A stretch of 64,000 nt of DNA from positions 800,001 through 864,000 of the forward strand of contig CAWJGT010000003.1 of the NCBI GenBank assembly GCA_963842525.1, written 5' to 3'. The notes beneath the pieces were generated by a model. That model was given only the letters and a program-made list of their open reading frames with translations, was not told the DNA's origin and did not search any database. Positions 30,191 to 41,636 of this stretch are shown piece after piece; the first letter of the stretch is position 1, and each line of letters starts with the position of its first letter. A program made the translations under genes and the position numbers. Origin of the DNA: an uncultured Holophagales bacterium (lineage in GTDB: Bacteria > Acidobacteriota > Thermoanaerobaculia > Multivoradales > UBA5704).

Positions 30191-31501
30191 TCATCCGTCC
30201 AGTAGCCACTCATAGGCGGGCTGCACCAAGATGCCGGGTGCCGTCCTCGGCAGCGCCTGATCGCGGGTAAGCACGAGCAGGCGCTGCGTTGCGTTCGGAT
30301 ATTCCACGGCGGCCTCCTGGAGCGCACGCAGCTCCCGGTCCATTGCGCCTTCGGTCCCCGGGTCAGCGCAAACCTGCACGAGCTCCTCGCCGCCGACGAG
30401 ATGGCGGGCATGGAAATCCACCTCGAAGCCGCCACCGGTCTTCACGTAACCCACCTCGGCTTTGCGCCGCTCCAACTCGATCAGCACGACGGTCTCCAGT
30501 GCGTGACCGAGGTTTGAGCGGCCGCTCGCGTCGAAGGCGCTGATCAAACCTGGGTCCACCGGATAGAGCTTGCGCGGATTTGAGTTGCGCCGCCGCTCCG
30601 AATCGGTGGCGAGAGGCACGGCGCTGAGCAGAAACGCATCCAGCAGGTGGCCGAGCATCGCGTGGACCGCGTCCTTGGCCACACCGTGGCCCTGGGCTTT
30701 GAGGTCCAGGTAGAGCCGGTGTACGCTGAAGGCGCCAGCCGGATTGCGCAGGCACTGGCGCACGAGCCAGCGTAGCGCCGTGACCTGCGAGATGCCGTAG
30801 CGCTCCACCACATCACGAAAGAGCACCGTGTCCACATAGCCCTGCAACAGCTCGATCCGCAGTCCCCGCGCGAGTTGCTGGGCTTCGGGAAAGCCGCCTT
30901 CAACCAGATACTCGCGGAACCGTTTCTCGACCAGAGACCGCTCCGCGCCGGTCCAGCGTGTTGCGTCCTGCTTAGGCTCTTCCCTGTGATGGCGCAGGAA
31001 CTCGCGGAAGCTGAAGGGCCGGATGGTGGTCTCCATCCCGCGCCCGCGTAGCGAGGTGTGGACCTCGCGGCTCAGCATCCGGGCCGAGGAGCCGGATACC
31101 ACGATCTCAACGCGCTCGGAATCCAGCACTCGACGCACGAAGCGCTCCCAGCCGCTCACGAGCTGAATTTCGTCGAGGAACCAGTGCACCGTCTCTCGCC
31201 CGCGCAGCTCCGGGTAACGGCGATAGTGCTCCTCCAGCAGCAGGTCGAGCTGATCCAGCCCGAGATCGGCGAGCCGGTCGTCATCGAAGCTGACGAACAC
31301 CCCGCGCTCCGGAGCAAGAGTCTGCTGCTGTTCGGCCTGCAACTGGCGCAAGAACGTGGTCTTGCCCGCCCGGCGCATGCCGGTGACCGCATGCACCTTG
31401 CCCGGCACCGCCGGCAGCCGGGCATCGCGCCGGGTGAGCGGCGTGGGCGGCGCCGCGAGCGTGGCGTTGAGTTTCTCGAGCAACACCGGATGGAGGGACA
31501 T
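30191..31501 (-). CDS. AAA_14 / DUF4143 ATP-binding protein
   Basis: GMRRAGKT, FLDEIQ, SGSS, GGFP, KLYPVDPG, EVDF. Confidence 0.88.
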   Translation of the reverse strand: MSLHPVLLEKLNATLAAPPTPLTRRDARLPAVPGKVHAVTGMRRAGKTTFLRQLQAEQQQTLAPERGVFVSFDDDRLADLGLDQLDLLLEEHYRRYPELRGRETVHWFLDEIQLVSGWERFVRRVLDSERVEIVVSGSSARMLSREVHTSLRGRGMETTIRPFSFREFLRHHREEPKQDATRWTGAERSLVEKRFREYLVEGGFPEAQQLARGLRIELLQGYVDTVLFRDVVERYGISQVTALRWLVRQCLRNPAGAFSVHRLYLDLKAQGHGVAKDAVHAMLGHLLDAFLLSAVPLATDSERRRNSNPRKLYPVDPGLISAFDASGRSNLGHALETVVLIELERRKAEVGYVKTGGGFEVDFHARHLVGGEELVQVCADPGTEGAMDRELRALQEAAVEYPNATQRLLVLTRDQALPRTAPGILVQPAYEWLLDG

Positions 31502-31653
31502 GACAGTGGAAGGATCGGAGACAAGGTGTCCTTCTGTCAAGGACACATCGCGTTCGAACCCGGCTCTGGTAGAAGGACAGCTTGGCCTGCTGCCGGACCT
31601 GAGCTCTCGAAGCGGTAAGCAATGCTCTGTCGCCGCCTGCCTGGCCCTGGCTA

Positions 31654-32211
31654 CCCGAGACGCTGGCCCAGCGTCGGCTCCGCAAACCCAGCGTGAGCTC
31701 ACGCTGGCGCAGTGTCCCGGGACGCTGGCTCAGCGTACGCTCCGCAAACCCAGCGTGAGCTCACGCTGGCGCAACGTCCCGAGACGCTGGCCCAGCGTAC
31801 GCTCCGCAAACCCAGCGTGAGCTCACGCTGGCGCAGCGTCCCGAGACGCTGGCTCAGCGTACGCTCCGCAAACCCAGCGTGAGCTCACGCTGGCGCAGCG
31901 TCCCGAGACGCTGGCCCAGCGCACGCTCCGCAAACCCAGCGTGAGCTCACGCTGGCGCAGAGTCCCGGGACGCTGGCCCAGCGTACGCTCCGCAAACCCA
32001 GCGTGAGCTCACGCTGGCGCAGAGTCCCGGGACGCTGGCCCAGCGTACGCTCCGCAAACCCAGCGTGAGCTCACGCTGGCGCAGAGTCCCGGGACGCTGG
32101 CCCAGCGTACGCTCCGCAAACCCAGCGTGAGCTCACGCTGGCGCAGAGTCCCGAGACGCTGGCCCAGCGCACGCTCCGCAAACCCAGCGTGAGCTCACGC
32201 TGGCGCAGAGT
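31654..32211. repeat. 9 x 62-bp tandem array of palindromic units
   Basis: Unit CCCGAGACGCTGGCCCAGCGTACGCTCCGCAAACCCAGCGTGAGCTCACGCTGGCGCAGAGT; the AAACCC anchor recurs every 62 bp from 31684 to 32180. Confidence 0.95.
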
Positions 32212-32279
32212 CGGCTCGGACAAGTATGTCGAGCTGGTCCGGGGAGGGGTAGGGGATACGGTCGAGTCGGCTTCGATCC

Positions 32280-32570
32280 TTATCTTTTCTCGCTATGGGC
32301 CGCCTCGTCCTCTGAGGGTGTCTCCTCGTCCCAACGGTCCCAGGGATCCGGTGGCACCGAAGGAACCTTGGCGAAAACACGGTCGAAGGCCTCGCGATTG
32401 CCCTGCCGGGCCAGGGCTTCCAGGTAGTCCTCCGTCATCAGTGCTGACATCTTCTCCGCCACCGCCGTACTGATCAGCTGGTTGATCGAGATCTTTTCCT
32501 TCTTCGCAAGGCCCTTGAGCTGCCGGTGGAGCGAGTCCGGAAGGCGGATGCTGAGAGTCGCCATGGTCAA
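32280..32570 (-). CDS. RHH/HicB-like antitoxin
   Basis: LSIRLPDSLHRQLKGLAKKEKISINQLISTAVAEK. Confidence 0.82.
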   Translation of the reverse strand: MTMATLSIRLPDSLHRQLKGLAKKEKISINQLISTAVAEKMSALMTEDYLEALARQGNREAFDRVFAKVPSVPPDPWDRWDEETPSEDEAAHSEKR

Positions 32571-32980
32571 CCTCCGATGACATCGAGGAACGCTTTGGGC
32601 GTCACTGCCTGAATCCCGAAGCGTCCGGCCGCCGCGAAGTGTTTTTCGTTGAAGGTGACGATATACCTAGCCCGAGAGGCGACGGCAAGCTCCAGAACCA
32701 TATCGTCCTTGGGATCAGGCAGGCTCGGTCGCCAGAGGAAGAAGATCTTCTGCCGGTGCGCGACCGAGCAAAGGTACCGGACGATCGAGAGGATCTCCTC
32801 CTCTCCCAGGTCCGTCGCGCGATGCAGCACATCCTCATACTCCAGAACTAGCGGCACCGAGACGCAGATCTCGAACTGCCCCTCCCTCAGCAGCGAGACG
32901 AGCCGGAATGCCACGCCCTCGCGAGAACGAAACGCCGACACGAGGACGTTGGTATCCAGCACCACCCGCACAGTCGACAT
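32567..32980 (-). CDS. PIN family toxin
   Basis: VVLDTNVLVSA...EYEDV...DPKDDMVLELAV...IVTFN. Confidence 0.88.
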   Translation of the reverse strand: MSTVRVVLDTNVLVSAFRSREGVAFRLVSLLREGQFEICVSVPLVLEYEDVLHRATDLGEEEILSIVRYLCSVAHRQKIFFLWRPSLPDPKDDMVLELAVASRARYIVTFNEKHFAAAGRFGIQAVTPKAFLDVIGG

Positions 32981-33008
32981 GGTAGCACATACGGTATCAT
33001 GGCGTGGT

Positions 33009-36000
33009 ATGAGTGCTGCGCCTCCCCATTTCGCCTGGACCCGCTTCTGGGTGCCCAGGGACGGTCATCTCGTCCTGGACGACGACGGCTTTCTGGCCGA
33101 CCCGGAAGGCAGGCTCGGCTCCTTGCGCAATCCCTATGCTCTCCCGTTTGAATCCGTCTCAGGCCGCCGGTGTGCCGTGCTGCTCGGCGAGCCGGGCATC
33201 GGCAAGAGCACCGAGTTGGAACGTGTAAACCGGCAAGGAGTCTCCGCTCCTGGTGCCGCGCAGGTGCTGGAGCTCAACCTGAACAACTACAGCAGCGACA
33301 GCCTTCTCGTTCAAGACCTGTTTGACAATCCCAAGCTCCGGGAGTGGGTGACCGGCTCTCACGACCTTCTCCTCTCGTTGGACAGCTTGGATGAGTGCAT
33401 GCTTCGCGTTGAGACGGTGGCAAACCTGCTCTCCTCAAGGCTCGGCCGCTACCCTGTCGATCGGCTCTGGCTCCGGATCGCCTGCCGCACAGCCGTCTGG
33501 CCTCCGTCTCTCGAAGAAGCCCTCGCGCGACTCTGGAGCCCGGAGCAGTTTGGTGTCTTCGAACTGCTGCCCCTCCGCAGGAAGGACGTCGAAGCGGCAG
33601 CGACAGCCTCCGGCCTCCAAGCGGAGGCTTTCCTTAGCGAGGTGATCTCCCGCAAGGCAGTGCCCTTCGCAATCAAGCCCTTGACTCTCCGCTTCCTTCT
33701 CGAAAAGTTCCGGAGAGATCGCCGTCTTCCCGATCAGATCGGAGCTATCTATCTTGAGGGCTGTCGTTGGCTCTGCACGGAGACCAACCCCAGCCGCGTC
33801 GAGACAAGCCGGACAGGCAAGCTCACTCCCGATCAGCGGCTGGCTGTTGCGGGGCGACTCGCTGCGTTGACCGTCTTCGCTGGCCGTACAGCCATGTCGC
33901 AGGGAGCTCCTGCCGACCGGATCGACGGTGATCTCTCGATCCAGGAAGCCTTGGGTGGATCCGAGGAGGAAAACAGGCAGATTGTGGAGATGACGCTGGA
34001 TGCCATCCGTGAAACCCTCGACACAGGGCTGTTCTCGGCTCGTGGCCCTTCGGCTCGGTTGGGCGCATCAGACCTATGCCGAGTTTCTCGCCGCCAGATA
34101 TGTGATCCGCCACGGCTTCGATACTGAGCAAAAGATCTCCCTTGTCACCCACCCTTACAGCTCAAGGCTTGTCATCCCTCAGCTTGTGCAGGCTACCGTC
34201 TGCCTGGTCAACATGGATCCCTCTCTCTTCGACGAGTTGGTCCAGGACAGCCCCCACGTCCTACTCCGCAGCGAAGCGAGCGTATGGGATTCACGCCAGA
34301 AGTCCGCACTCACGGCCTCGTTCCTGAAGCTCATCGCCGAGCTGAAGCTCACAGACAGAGACGCCGAGGTCAGGAGAAGCCTTGGAAAACTGGATCACCC
34401 CGACCTCGCGAGTCAGTTGGAACCCTATATCCGGGACCGAACGGCAAACCCGGTTGTCCGCAGGGTGGCCATCGGCATTGCCGGGGCTTGCCGTGTCACC
34501 CACCTCCGAGAGACTCTTCTGGAGCTTGCGCTAGATAGATCCGCCCACCAACCGACACGCGTCCAGTCGATCCGCGCACTTCGAGGGATCGGCGACAACG
34601 GAACCCGGCAACGACTTGCTACGCTTCTCGGTACCGACCTTCAGGAAGACGATGATGACGAGATCAGGGGAGCCTTGCTGAGCCAGGTCTGGCCCGATCT
34701 CCTTTCCTTTGAGGATCTCACCAGACATCTCATGGTACCCAAGTCTTCTCTCATCGGTGCATACTGGGCGTTCCTCAAGCATGAGCTCGCCCAAGGCCTT
34801 CGTCCCAGCGATATCCCCCAGGCGCTCGCCTGGGCAGGCGAGCAGGAAGGTCAGCGTAGCAAACGCTCTCCTCTCAGCGCGGCTGCGGACAACATCATGA
34901 AGGTGGCGTGCAGGTATGTCGACGATCCGACAATCCTTGCACCCCTCGTCGGAGTGATGGCGGTGCGCTTGGAGGCTCAGCATTCCCTCTGGGACGAAGA
35001 CCTCTTCGATGAGACCGAAGACAAACCCCTTCAGGATGTCTGGAAGCGGCATCTTCTTATCCAAGCCCTCGTTGAGCACGCTTCCGATACTCGATCTTTA
35101 CAGAGACTCCGGATCGTCCGCCGCTTCCGAGAGGACGACCTCTCGTGGCTCCTGCAGCAGGTCTTGACCGCTTCTACAGATGCAGAGCAGAAAAAGTGGT
35201 CACTCCTGGTGCAAGAGCTCTTCTTCACCGACATCGACCGTTACTGGACCCCTGTTCTCGAAGCCGCCCTTCAGAACAAAGTCCTTGCACAGGAACTCCG
35301 CTTCTGGATTGGCCCAATCACCCTGGACTCCCCAGAGGCTGAATGGCAACGGAAAGAATGGAAACAGTCTCCAGAGCTAACCGCAGACGCAGTGAAGGAG
35401 GAAGAGACTCTTCCTTGGGCTTCCTCACTGCAACAGTTCAATCTCGCCCTACAAGAGATCGGAGACGGAGGAAAGGACATTTGGTGGCACCTGGATGGGC
35501 TTCTGGGAGACTTACAGCGAGAAGAGTGGAGCGCCGACATCCGCGAATATAGAACCTGGCAGCACCTCGACGGGGAACGCAGAGCGAGAGTTGTCACCGA
35601 GGCTCAACGCTACATTCTAGGAGGAGAAGATCCGAGCGACGGCTCAATGAGGAGAAGCTTCAATAGTATCGAGCTTGCCAGCTTTCGCGCCCTCTATCTG
35701 GCAAGCTCGGAGGCTCCAGATTTCTGCAACCATTTGAGCCAAGATGTTGTCCAGAAGTGGACACCCATCATAGTGAAAAAACCGGGGCTCGTGGACGAAG
35801 GAGCTGAACCCTATGCAGAACTTCTTCGCCTGGTTTCGCAGAAGGCTCCCGATCTTGTGGTGAAGAAAATTTCCCAGGCGATCGACGAACAGAATCGGGC
35901 GGCCGACGCCAACGAACACCCGAACCTCGACACCCAGCTCCAGGAATGCTGGAACGATCGGATCGAGTTTCTCCTAATCGAAAAGCTGAGGAGCGGCGAG

Positions 36001-37215
36001 ATGAAGCCGGGATTCAGCGCCTACTTGATGGAGATTCTCCTCGCGAGAGAATCGGAACAAGCCCAGGAGTGGGCCCTGCAATGGCTCGATGGTCCCGTTC
36101 CCATTGAACTGGAAGACCAAGAGAAGCAGCTTCGGGTGGCACTGAGCCTTCTGTTCGTCGAAGACAATGCGTGGACAACGGTCTGGAATCGCATTACCTC
36201 TTTGACCTCGCTTCAAGACAAATTTGCGGAACAGGCAGTCAGTTATCTGTACGCCAAGTTCGACCAGGGGCGCCTTACAAAGTTCTTAGGACCGCAGTTG
36301 GGCGAAATCTGCTTCTGGCTCAGGCAAACTTTCCCCGAGGCTACGCGGTTTAGGCCCGGCGTCCTGCCTAGCCCGCGCAATATCGCCGGGGTCTTTCGGG
36401 GGCGGCTCTTCAACTACCTGCAGGAGGCAGGAACTCCGAAAGCTCTCCAGGCTCTACAGCACCTGGCTCGCCTTCAACCCGACGACCTCGGGTTCAAATG
36501 GATGCTCGCAGAAGCTCAGCGGGCTTCGCTGCAACAAACCTGGACTCCTCCTGGGCCGGCAACGATTCTCGAAATGGCGCGACGTCGGGATTCGCGCCTC
36601 GTGGACAGCGGAGAGCAGCTTCTCGCTGTCATCATGGAGTCCCTTGAGAGGTTGCAGAAGAAGCTGCGGGGCCATACCCCTCTTATCGATTTCTTGTGGA
36701 ACAAGTGGCCGGAGGGTCAAGGCGGCGTGCGCTGGCGACCTAAAGACGAGGAAGAGTTTTCCAATTTCATCAAATCTCGCCTCGAAGATGACCTGCAGGG
36801 GAAGAGTATCGTCCTGAATCGAGAGGTCGAGATCCGCCGAAGTCTGGGGAAGGAGATCCGCCAAGGCCAGGAGACTGACATCCAGGTCGATGCCATCGTC
36901 CGTCAGCCTCGGAGCGGAGAACCACAACGGATCTCTGTGGTCATCGAGGTGAAGGGCTGCTGGAACAAGAAGCTGATGACGGCAATGAAGGAGCAACTCG
37001 TTGATCGCTACCTTGCGGAGAGTGATTGCTGGCACGGTCTCTATCTTGTCGGCTGGTTCCTCTGCGATGCATGGGACAATGAGGACTACCGAAAAGGCGA
37101 CACGCCGAAGTGGTCCCTCCAGCAGGTGAGAGAGCACCTCCAAGAGAAGGCTGCCGAACTCTCCCAGGGCGGATTCTTGATCCGCTCTTTCGTCCTCGAC
37201 ACGGCGCTCCGGTAA
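33009..37215 (+). CDS. Large NACHT/STAND-type NTPase with HEAT-like repeats and C-terminal PD-(D/E)xK-like domain (frameshift near 34045)
   Basis: Walker A GEPGIGKS, Walker B LDSLDE, IACR, HQTYAEFLAA; C-terminal NREVEI...TDIQV...IEVKG...QLVDRYL. Lower GC than the flanks. Confidence 0.75.
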
Positions 37216-37238
37216 ATCCTAAGGACGTATACGAGCCC

Positions 37239-37547
37239 TCAAGCTGTATAGAGCAGAGTCCGCGACCGTTCGATACCCTGCCGGAAGTGGGGATTCTTGA
37301 TCGCTGGAATCATCACCAAGTCGACCGGGCGGGCAAAGAGGATCTCGAGAGCCTCCAGCAAGCCGAAATAGCGATCCGCCATTTCGTTCGGCAAGCCGGG
37401 CGCAAACTCTACCAGGAAGTCAAGATCGCTCGGGTCCGGGTCGAAGCGATCCGTGGCGGCCGAGCCGAAGATCTCGAACCTGCGGACTGCAAATTGGTCG
37501 CAGAGCGCGTTGAGAGTGTTTCGTTGCTCTTCGATAATGCGGTGCAT
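37239..37547 (-). CDS. Minimal nucleotidyltransferase (MNT)
   Basis: FGSAAT..F...SDLDFLVEF...RPVDLV. Confidence 0.85.
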   Translation of the reverse strand: MHRIIEEQRNTLNALCDQFAVRRFEIFGSAATDRFDPDPSDLDFLVEFAPGLPNEMADRYFGLLEALEILFARPVDLVMIPAIKNPHFRQGIERSRTLLYTA

Positions 37548-37562
37548 AGGAGGTAGAGCCGA

Positions 37563-37862
37563 TCATCCTTCGGCGGCATACTGGACCTCGGAGCTTCTCA
37601 GGACCTCATCCCGGATCCGGCGGTTGAGGAATTTTGGCGTAACCAAATCCACGTTCCGGCCACCCAGAATGGTCGAAAGCTCCTCTTGCAGGCGGATGAA
37701 GCCGAAACCGGGGACATGTTCTGGCTCGAACTCGACGAGCACGTCTATGTCGCTGTCAGGGCGAAAATCCGATCGAAGTACCGAGCCGAAAAGGCTCAGC
37801 TTACGGATGTGGTTACGCCGGCAGAATTCGGCGAGCTGGTCGCGGGGGATGTGTGATTTCAT
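37563..37862 (-). CDS. Minimal nucleotidyltransferase (MNT)
   Basis: [22 protein letters not shown]...VDLVT. Confidence 0.88.
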   Translation of the reverse strand: MKSHIPRDQLAEFCRRNHIRKLSLFGSVLRSDFRPDSDIDVLVEFEPEHVPGFGFIRLQEELSTILGGRNVDLVTPKFLNRRIRDEVLRSSEVQYAAEG

Positions 37863-37878
37863 GCGACGGCTCTCGATT

Positions 37879-38967
37879 CTACCGAACCCGCCGCCGCCGG
37901 TTCCTGATGTAGTCCGCCAGGATGAACTCGCCGAGGTTGTAGGGGCTGGCGAAATAGGCTCGGCCGCGGTTGATCTGGGTCAGCTTTTCGACGAACTGGG
38001 TGAGCATGGGATCGGTCGCCAGCATGAAGGTGGTGATGACGACTTTCTGGCGGCGGCAGGCGTCGGCCTCTTCCAGGGTGAGGTTGACGATCCGCATGTC
38101 GAGGCCGAAGGGATTCTTGTAGATGCGGTTGTTTTCGGTGATCGCGGAAGGCTTGCCGTCGGTGATCAGGAAGATCTGCTTGTTGGGCTGCTTCTGGCGG
38201 GCCAGGAGGCTCCTCGCGAGCTGTAGGCCTTCGCGGGTGTTGGTGTGGTACGGGCCAGCCTGGATGTAGGGGATCTCGGTCAGCGGCACCGCCTCGGCGC
38301 GGTCTCCGAAGAGGATCACGGAAAGGTGATCTTTCGGATATTTGGTGGTGATCAGCTCGGTCAGGGCGAGGGCCACGGTCTTCGCCGGTGTGATGCGGTC
38401 CTCGCCGTAGAGGATCATCGAGTGGCTGATGTCGATTGCCACGACCGTGGCGCAGGAGGTCAGGTGCTCGGTTTCGAAGACCTCCAGATCCTCTTCCTGG
38501 AGGTCGAGGTCTCCATGGCTCCGCCGCATGGCGTTCTGGAGCGAGCGCGCGGAGTCGAGCAGGTGGATGTCGTCACCGAATTTATAGGGACGGGTCTCAG
38601 GGAGCCGCTCGATCCCTTCGCCGGCGGTCTGGATGGGGTGATAGCCGGGACCCGAGCGGTTCAGACTCTGGAAAACCTCCTCGAAGGCGCTGCGCCGGAT
38701 CCGCCGCTCGCCGCCGGTTGTCAGTTGCATGCCGCCCTCACCGTCCCGCCCGATGAGCTGCTCCTCCTCCAGGCTCGCGAAGAAGGCCTCGAGATCGATC
38801 TCCTCCGGGATGTGCCCCTGCTGCTGGAGGTAGCGCATCCAGTCCATCGCCTCCTCGACGTCGCCGCCGCTCGCCAGCACGAGCTGGTTGAACAGCCGCA
38901 GCAGGTCGAGCCCGGCGAGGATGGCCTGGATCAGCTCGGGGTCGAGGTAGAGGTACTGGTGGCGCAT
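37879..38967 (-). CDS. VWA domain protein
   Basis: MIDAS motif DISHSM, TNT and ITDGKPS. Confidence 0.88.
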   Translation of the reverse strand: MRHQYLYLDPELIQAILAGLDLLRLFNQLVLASGGDVEEAMDWMRYLQQQGHIPEEIDLEAFFASLEEEQLIGRDGEGGMQLTTGGERRIRRSAFEEVFQSLNRSGPGYHPIQTAGEGIERLPETRPYKFGDDIHLLDSARSLQNAMRRSHGDLDLQEEDLEVFETEHLTSCATVVAIDISHSMILYGEDRITPAKTVALALTELITTKYPKDHLSVILFGDRAEAVPLTEIPYIQAGPYHTNTREGLQLARSLLARQKQPNKQIFLITDGKPSAITENNRIYKNPFGLDMRIVNLTLEEADACRRQKVVITTFMLATDPMLTQFVEKLTQINRGRAYFASPYNLGEFILADYIRNRRRRVR

Positions 38968-38975
38968 GGTCGGCT

Positions 38976-40490
38976 CTAGTTGACGTCTCCCCGGTCGCGT
39001 CCGCTGCGGCTGGGGCCGCGGTGGGGCTTCAGGAGCTGGAACTTGACCATCTCCTTATAGCTCACCTGGCTGTCCATGTCGTTGCGCGCGAGCTTCAGGT
39101 GCTGGTGGAGCCCTTCGAGCACCATCTCGGCCGCGAGGGCCCGCTCCGGAGCAGACTTGCCGGCGTGGCGTACCGCCAAGTCCTTGAGGCCGGGGACGCG
39201 GTAGAGCTCGGTCTCATAGGCGGCGAACGGCTGCTCGTCCGAGACCGTCACCGAGTTCCCTTCGGCGAACCAGCGGATCATGCGCGAGTAGGGACCCCGG
39301 TCGTCCTCGCCGCCGCTGCCCACCTCCTTGCCGATCTCAGGGAACGTGCGGTCGAAGACCTTCTTGATCGCCTGACCGAGGAGCCGGCGGGCCACGACCT
39401 CGGCGCCCTGCTGCTCGCCCTCGTAGACCATCTCGACCTTGCCGGTGATGGCCGGCAGGAGCATCTGGAGGTCGCAGAGGCGCGGGTAGACCGGCCCGTC
39501 GCCGGTCGCCAGGGCGCGCCGTTCGAGGTTCGACACCAGCAGCTCCATGGCCGAGATCGCAACCCGGGCGCTGACGCCCGAGGACTGATCCACGAGGTCG
39601 CTCTCGCGCGCCGCGAAGCTGATCTCCTCGACCAGCAGGCGGATGTCCTCGGGGACCTTCACGTTCGGCGTGTCGCGCTCTGTCCAGGCTTCCTGGCGGG
39701 TGATGTCGGCGGCGATCTGGGCGTCCCCCGGATAGTGGGTGAGGATCTGCGACGAGATGCGATCCTTGAGCGGCGTGATGATGCTGCCGCGGTTCGTGTA
39801 GTCCTCCGGGTTGGCCGAGAAGACCATCAGGATGTCGAGCGGGATGCGCACGGGGAAGCCGCGGATCTGCAGGTCCCGCTCTTCCAAAATGTTGAATAAA
39901 CCCACCTGGATGCGCGGCGCGAGGTCCGGCAGCTCGTTGATGGCGAAGATGCCGCGGTTGGTGCGCGGGATAATGCCGAAGTGGATCACCTCCGGGTCGG
40001 CGAAGGTGAGCTTGCGGGTCGCTGCCTTGATCGGATCGATGTCGCCCAGCAGGTCGGCGATCGAGACGTCCGGCGTCGCCAGCTTTTCGTTGTAGCGCTG
40101 CTCGGGGGTCAGCCATTCGATGGGAACGTCGTCGCCTGCCTCGGCGATCAGGCGCTGGCCGGGGATGGAAATCGGGGCGAGCGGGTCGTCGTTGAGCTCC
40201 GAGCCGGCGAGCACCGGGACCTCGGGGTCGAGCAGGGTGGTCAGCGCCCGCAGGATGCGGGTCTTCGCCTGTCCCCGCAGTCCGAGCAAGATGAAATCAT
40301 GGCCGGCGAGCAGGCCGTTGACCACGGCCGGAATGACCGTGCGGTCGTAGCCGAGGATGCCGGGGAAGAGCGGCGCACCGCTCTTCAGGCGCGCCCGGAG
40401 GTTGTCGCGGATCTCGATCTTGACCGAGCGCGGCCGGTAGCCGCTCGCCTTGAGGGCGCCGAGCGTCTGGATGTGCTGGGCTTTGGACAT
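38976..40490 (-). CDS. Mg-chelatase/MoxR-like AAA+ ATPase
   Basis: LGLRGQAKTR, INELPDL, ANPEDYTNRG; coupled to the VWA gene. Confidence 0.88.
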   Translation of the reverse strand: MSKAQHIQTLGALKASGYRPRSVKIEIRDNLRARLKSGAPLFPGILGYDRTVIPAVVNGLLAGHDFILLGLRGQAKTRILRALTTLLDPEVPVLAGSELNDDPLAPISIPGQRLIAEAGDDVPIEWLTPEQRYNEKLATPDVSIADLLGDIDPIKAATRKLTFADPEVIHFGIIPRTNRGIFAINELPDLAPRIQVGLFNILEERDLQIRGFPVRIPLDILMVFSANPEDYTNRGSIITPLKDRISSQILTHYPGDAQIAADITRQEAWTERDTPNVKVPEDIRLLVEEISFAARESDLVDQSSGVSARVAISAMELLVSNLERRALATGDGPVYPRLCDLQMLLPAITGKVEMVYEGEQQGAEVVARRLLGQAIKKVFDRTFPEIGKEVGSGGEDDRGPYSRMIRWFAEGNSVTVSDEQPFAAYETELYRVPGLKDLAVRHAGKSAPERALAAEMVLEGLHQHLKLARNDMDSQVSYKEMVKFQLLKPHRGPSRSGRDRGDVN

Positions 40491-41449
40491 CAGTCGTGAA
40501 GCTCCTGGAGCCAGTGTTCTGCGTCGATGGCCGCCCGGCAGCCGGTGCCGGCGGCGGTGACGGCCTGGCGGTAGATCGGGTCCGCCGCGTCGCCACAGGC
40601 GAAGACGCCGGGGTGGCTCGTCTTGGTCGTGGGCTCGGCCACCTTGATGTAGCCGACGTCGTTCATCTCGATCTTGCCGCGGAAGAGCTCGGTATTCGGC
40701 TTGTGGCCGATGGCGTAGAAGACGCCCTGGGTCGGATAGAAGGAGTCGAGCTCGGTCGCCTTGTTGTGCAGCTTGACGCCCTCGATCCCTTTTTCCCGGG
40801 TGCCGGCGATCTCGGTCACCACCGAGTCCCAGATCCAGGCGATCTTGGGATTGGCGAAGGCGCGGTCCTGCATGATCTTGGAGGCCCGCAGATCGCGCCG
40901 CCGGTGGATGATGGTGACCTTGCTGGCGAACTTGGTCAGATAGGTCCCTTCCTCCATGGCCGAGTCGCCGCCGCCGATGACCACCACCTCCTTGTCGCGG
41001 AAGAAGAAGCCATCGCAGGTGGCGCACGCCGAGACGCCGTAGCCCATCAGCTCCTGCTCGCCCGGGACGTTGCCGAGCTTGGCGGTGGCGCCGGTTGAGA
41101 TGATGAGAGCGTCGGTCCGGTAGGTGTCCTCGTCGGTACGGATGGTGAACGGCCGCTGGTCGAGGTCGACCTCAGTGCCGAGCTGGAACTTGACCTTGGC
41201 GCCGAAGCGCCGGGCCTGCTCGCGCATGCGGTCCATGAGCTCCGGCCCGAGGATGCCTTCGGGGAAGCCGGGGTAGTTCTCGACCTCGGTGGTGATGGTG
41301 AGCTGCCCGCCGGGCTGATTGCCCTCGAGGACCAGCGGAGCGAGGTCTGCCCGGGCGGCGTACAACGCCGCGGTCAGCCCGGCCGGTCCGGAGCCGAGGA
41401 TGATGACCCGGTGATAGTTGTCGCGGTTGTGGTGCTCAGAGGTGGACAA
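40490..41449 (-). CDS. trxB: Thioredoxin-disulfide reductase
   Basis: GSGPAG, GGQLTITTEVENYPG, CATCDG, GGGDSAMEE, YRQAVTAAG. Confidence 0.96.
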   Translation of the reverse strand: MSTSEHHNRDNYHRVIILGSGPAGLTAALYAARADLAPLVLEGNQPGGQLTITTEVENYPGFPEGILGPELMDRMREQARRFGAKVKFQLGTEVDLDQRPFTIRTDEDTYRTDALIISTGATAKLGNVPGEQELMGYGVSACATCDGFFFRDKEVVVIGGGDSAMEEGTYLTKFASKVTIIHRRRDLRASKIMQDRAFANPKIAWIWDSVVTEIAGTREKGIEGVKLHNKATELDSFYPTQGVFYAIGHKPNTELFRGKIEMNDVGYIKVAEPTTKTSHPGVFACGDAADPIYRQAVTAAGTGCRAAIDAEHWLQELHD

Positions 41450-41636
41450 GGAAGCTCTCCTCCTGGAGGACGCCTGCGGTTGCCAGCGACCGGCTGAGGT
41501 CGTGGGGAAGGCAGTATATCAGCGGCTTCGCCGGGGACCGGGGCTGCCGTCAGGACGGCCTGAAGAGTAGAACAGGCGCCGCCGGAGGGGCCATTCCGGC
41601 GGCGCCTGCGCAGGGTGCCGACAGGCGTGCTCGCCG

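Noticed and set aside
31654-32211. 62-bp array as a CRISPR array
   Set aside because: The sequence between palindromes is almost invariant, so there are no unique spacers.
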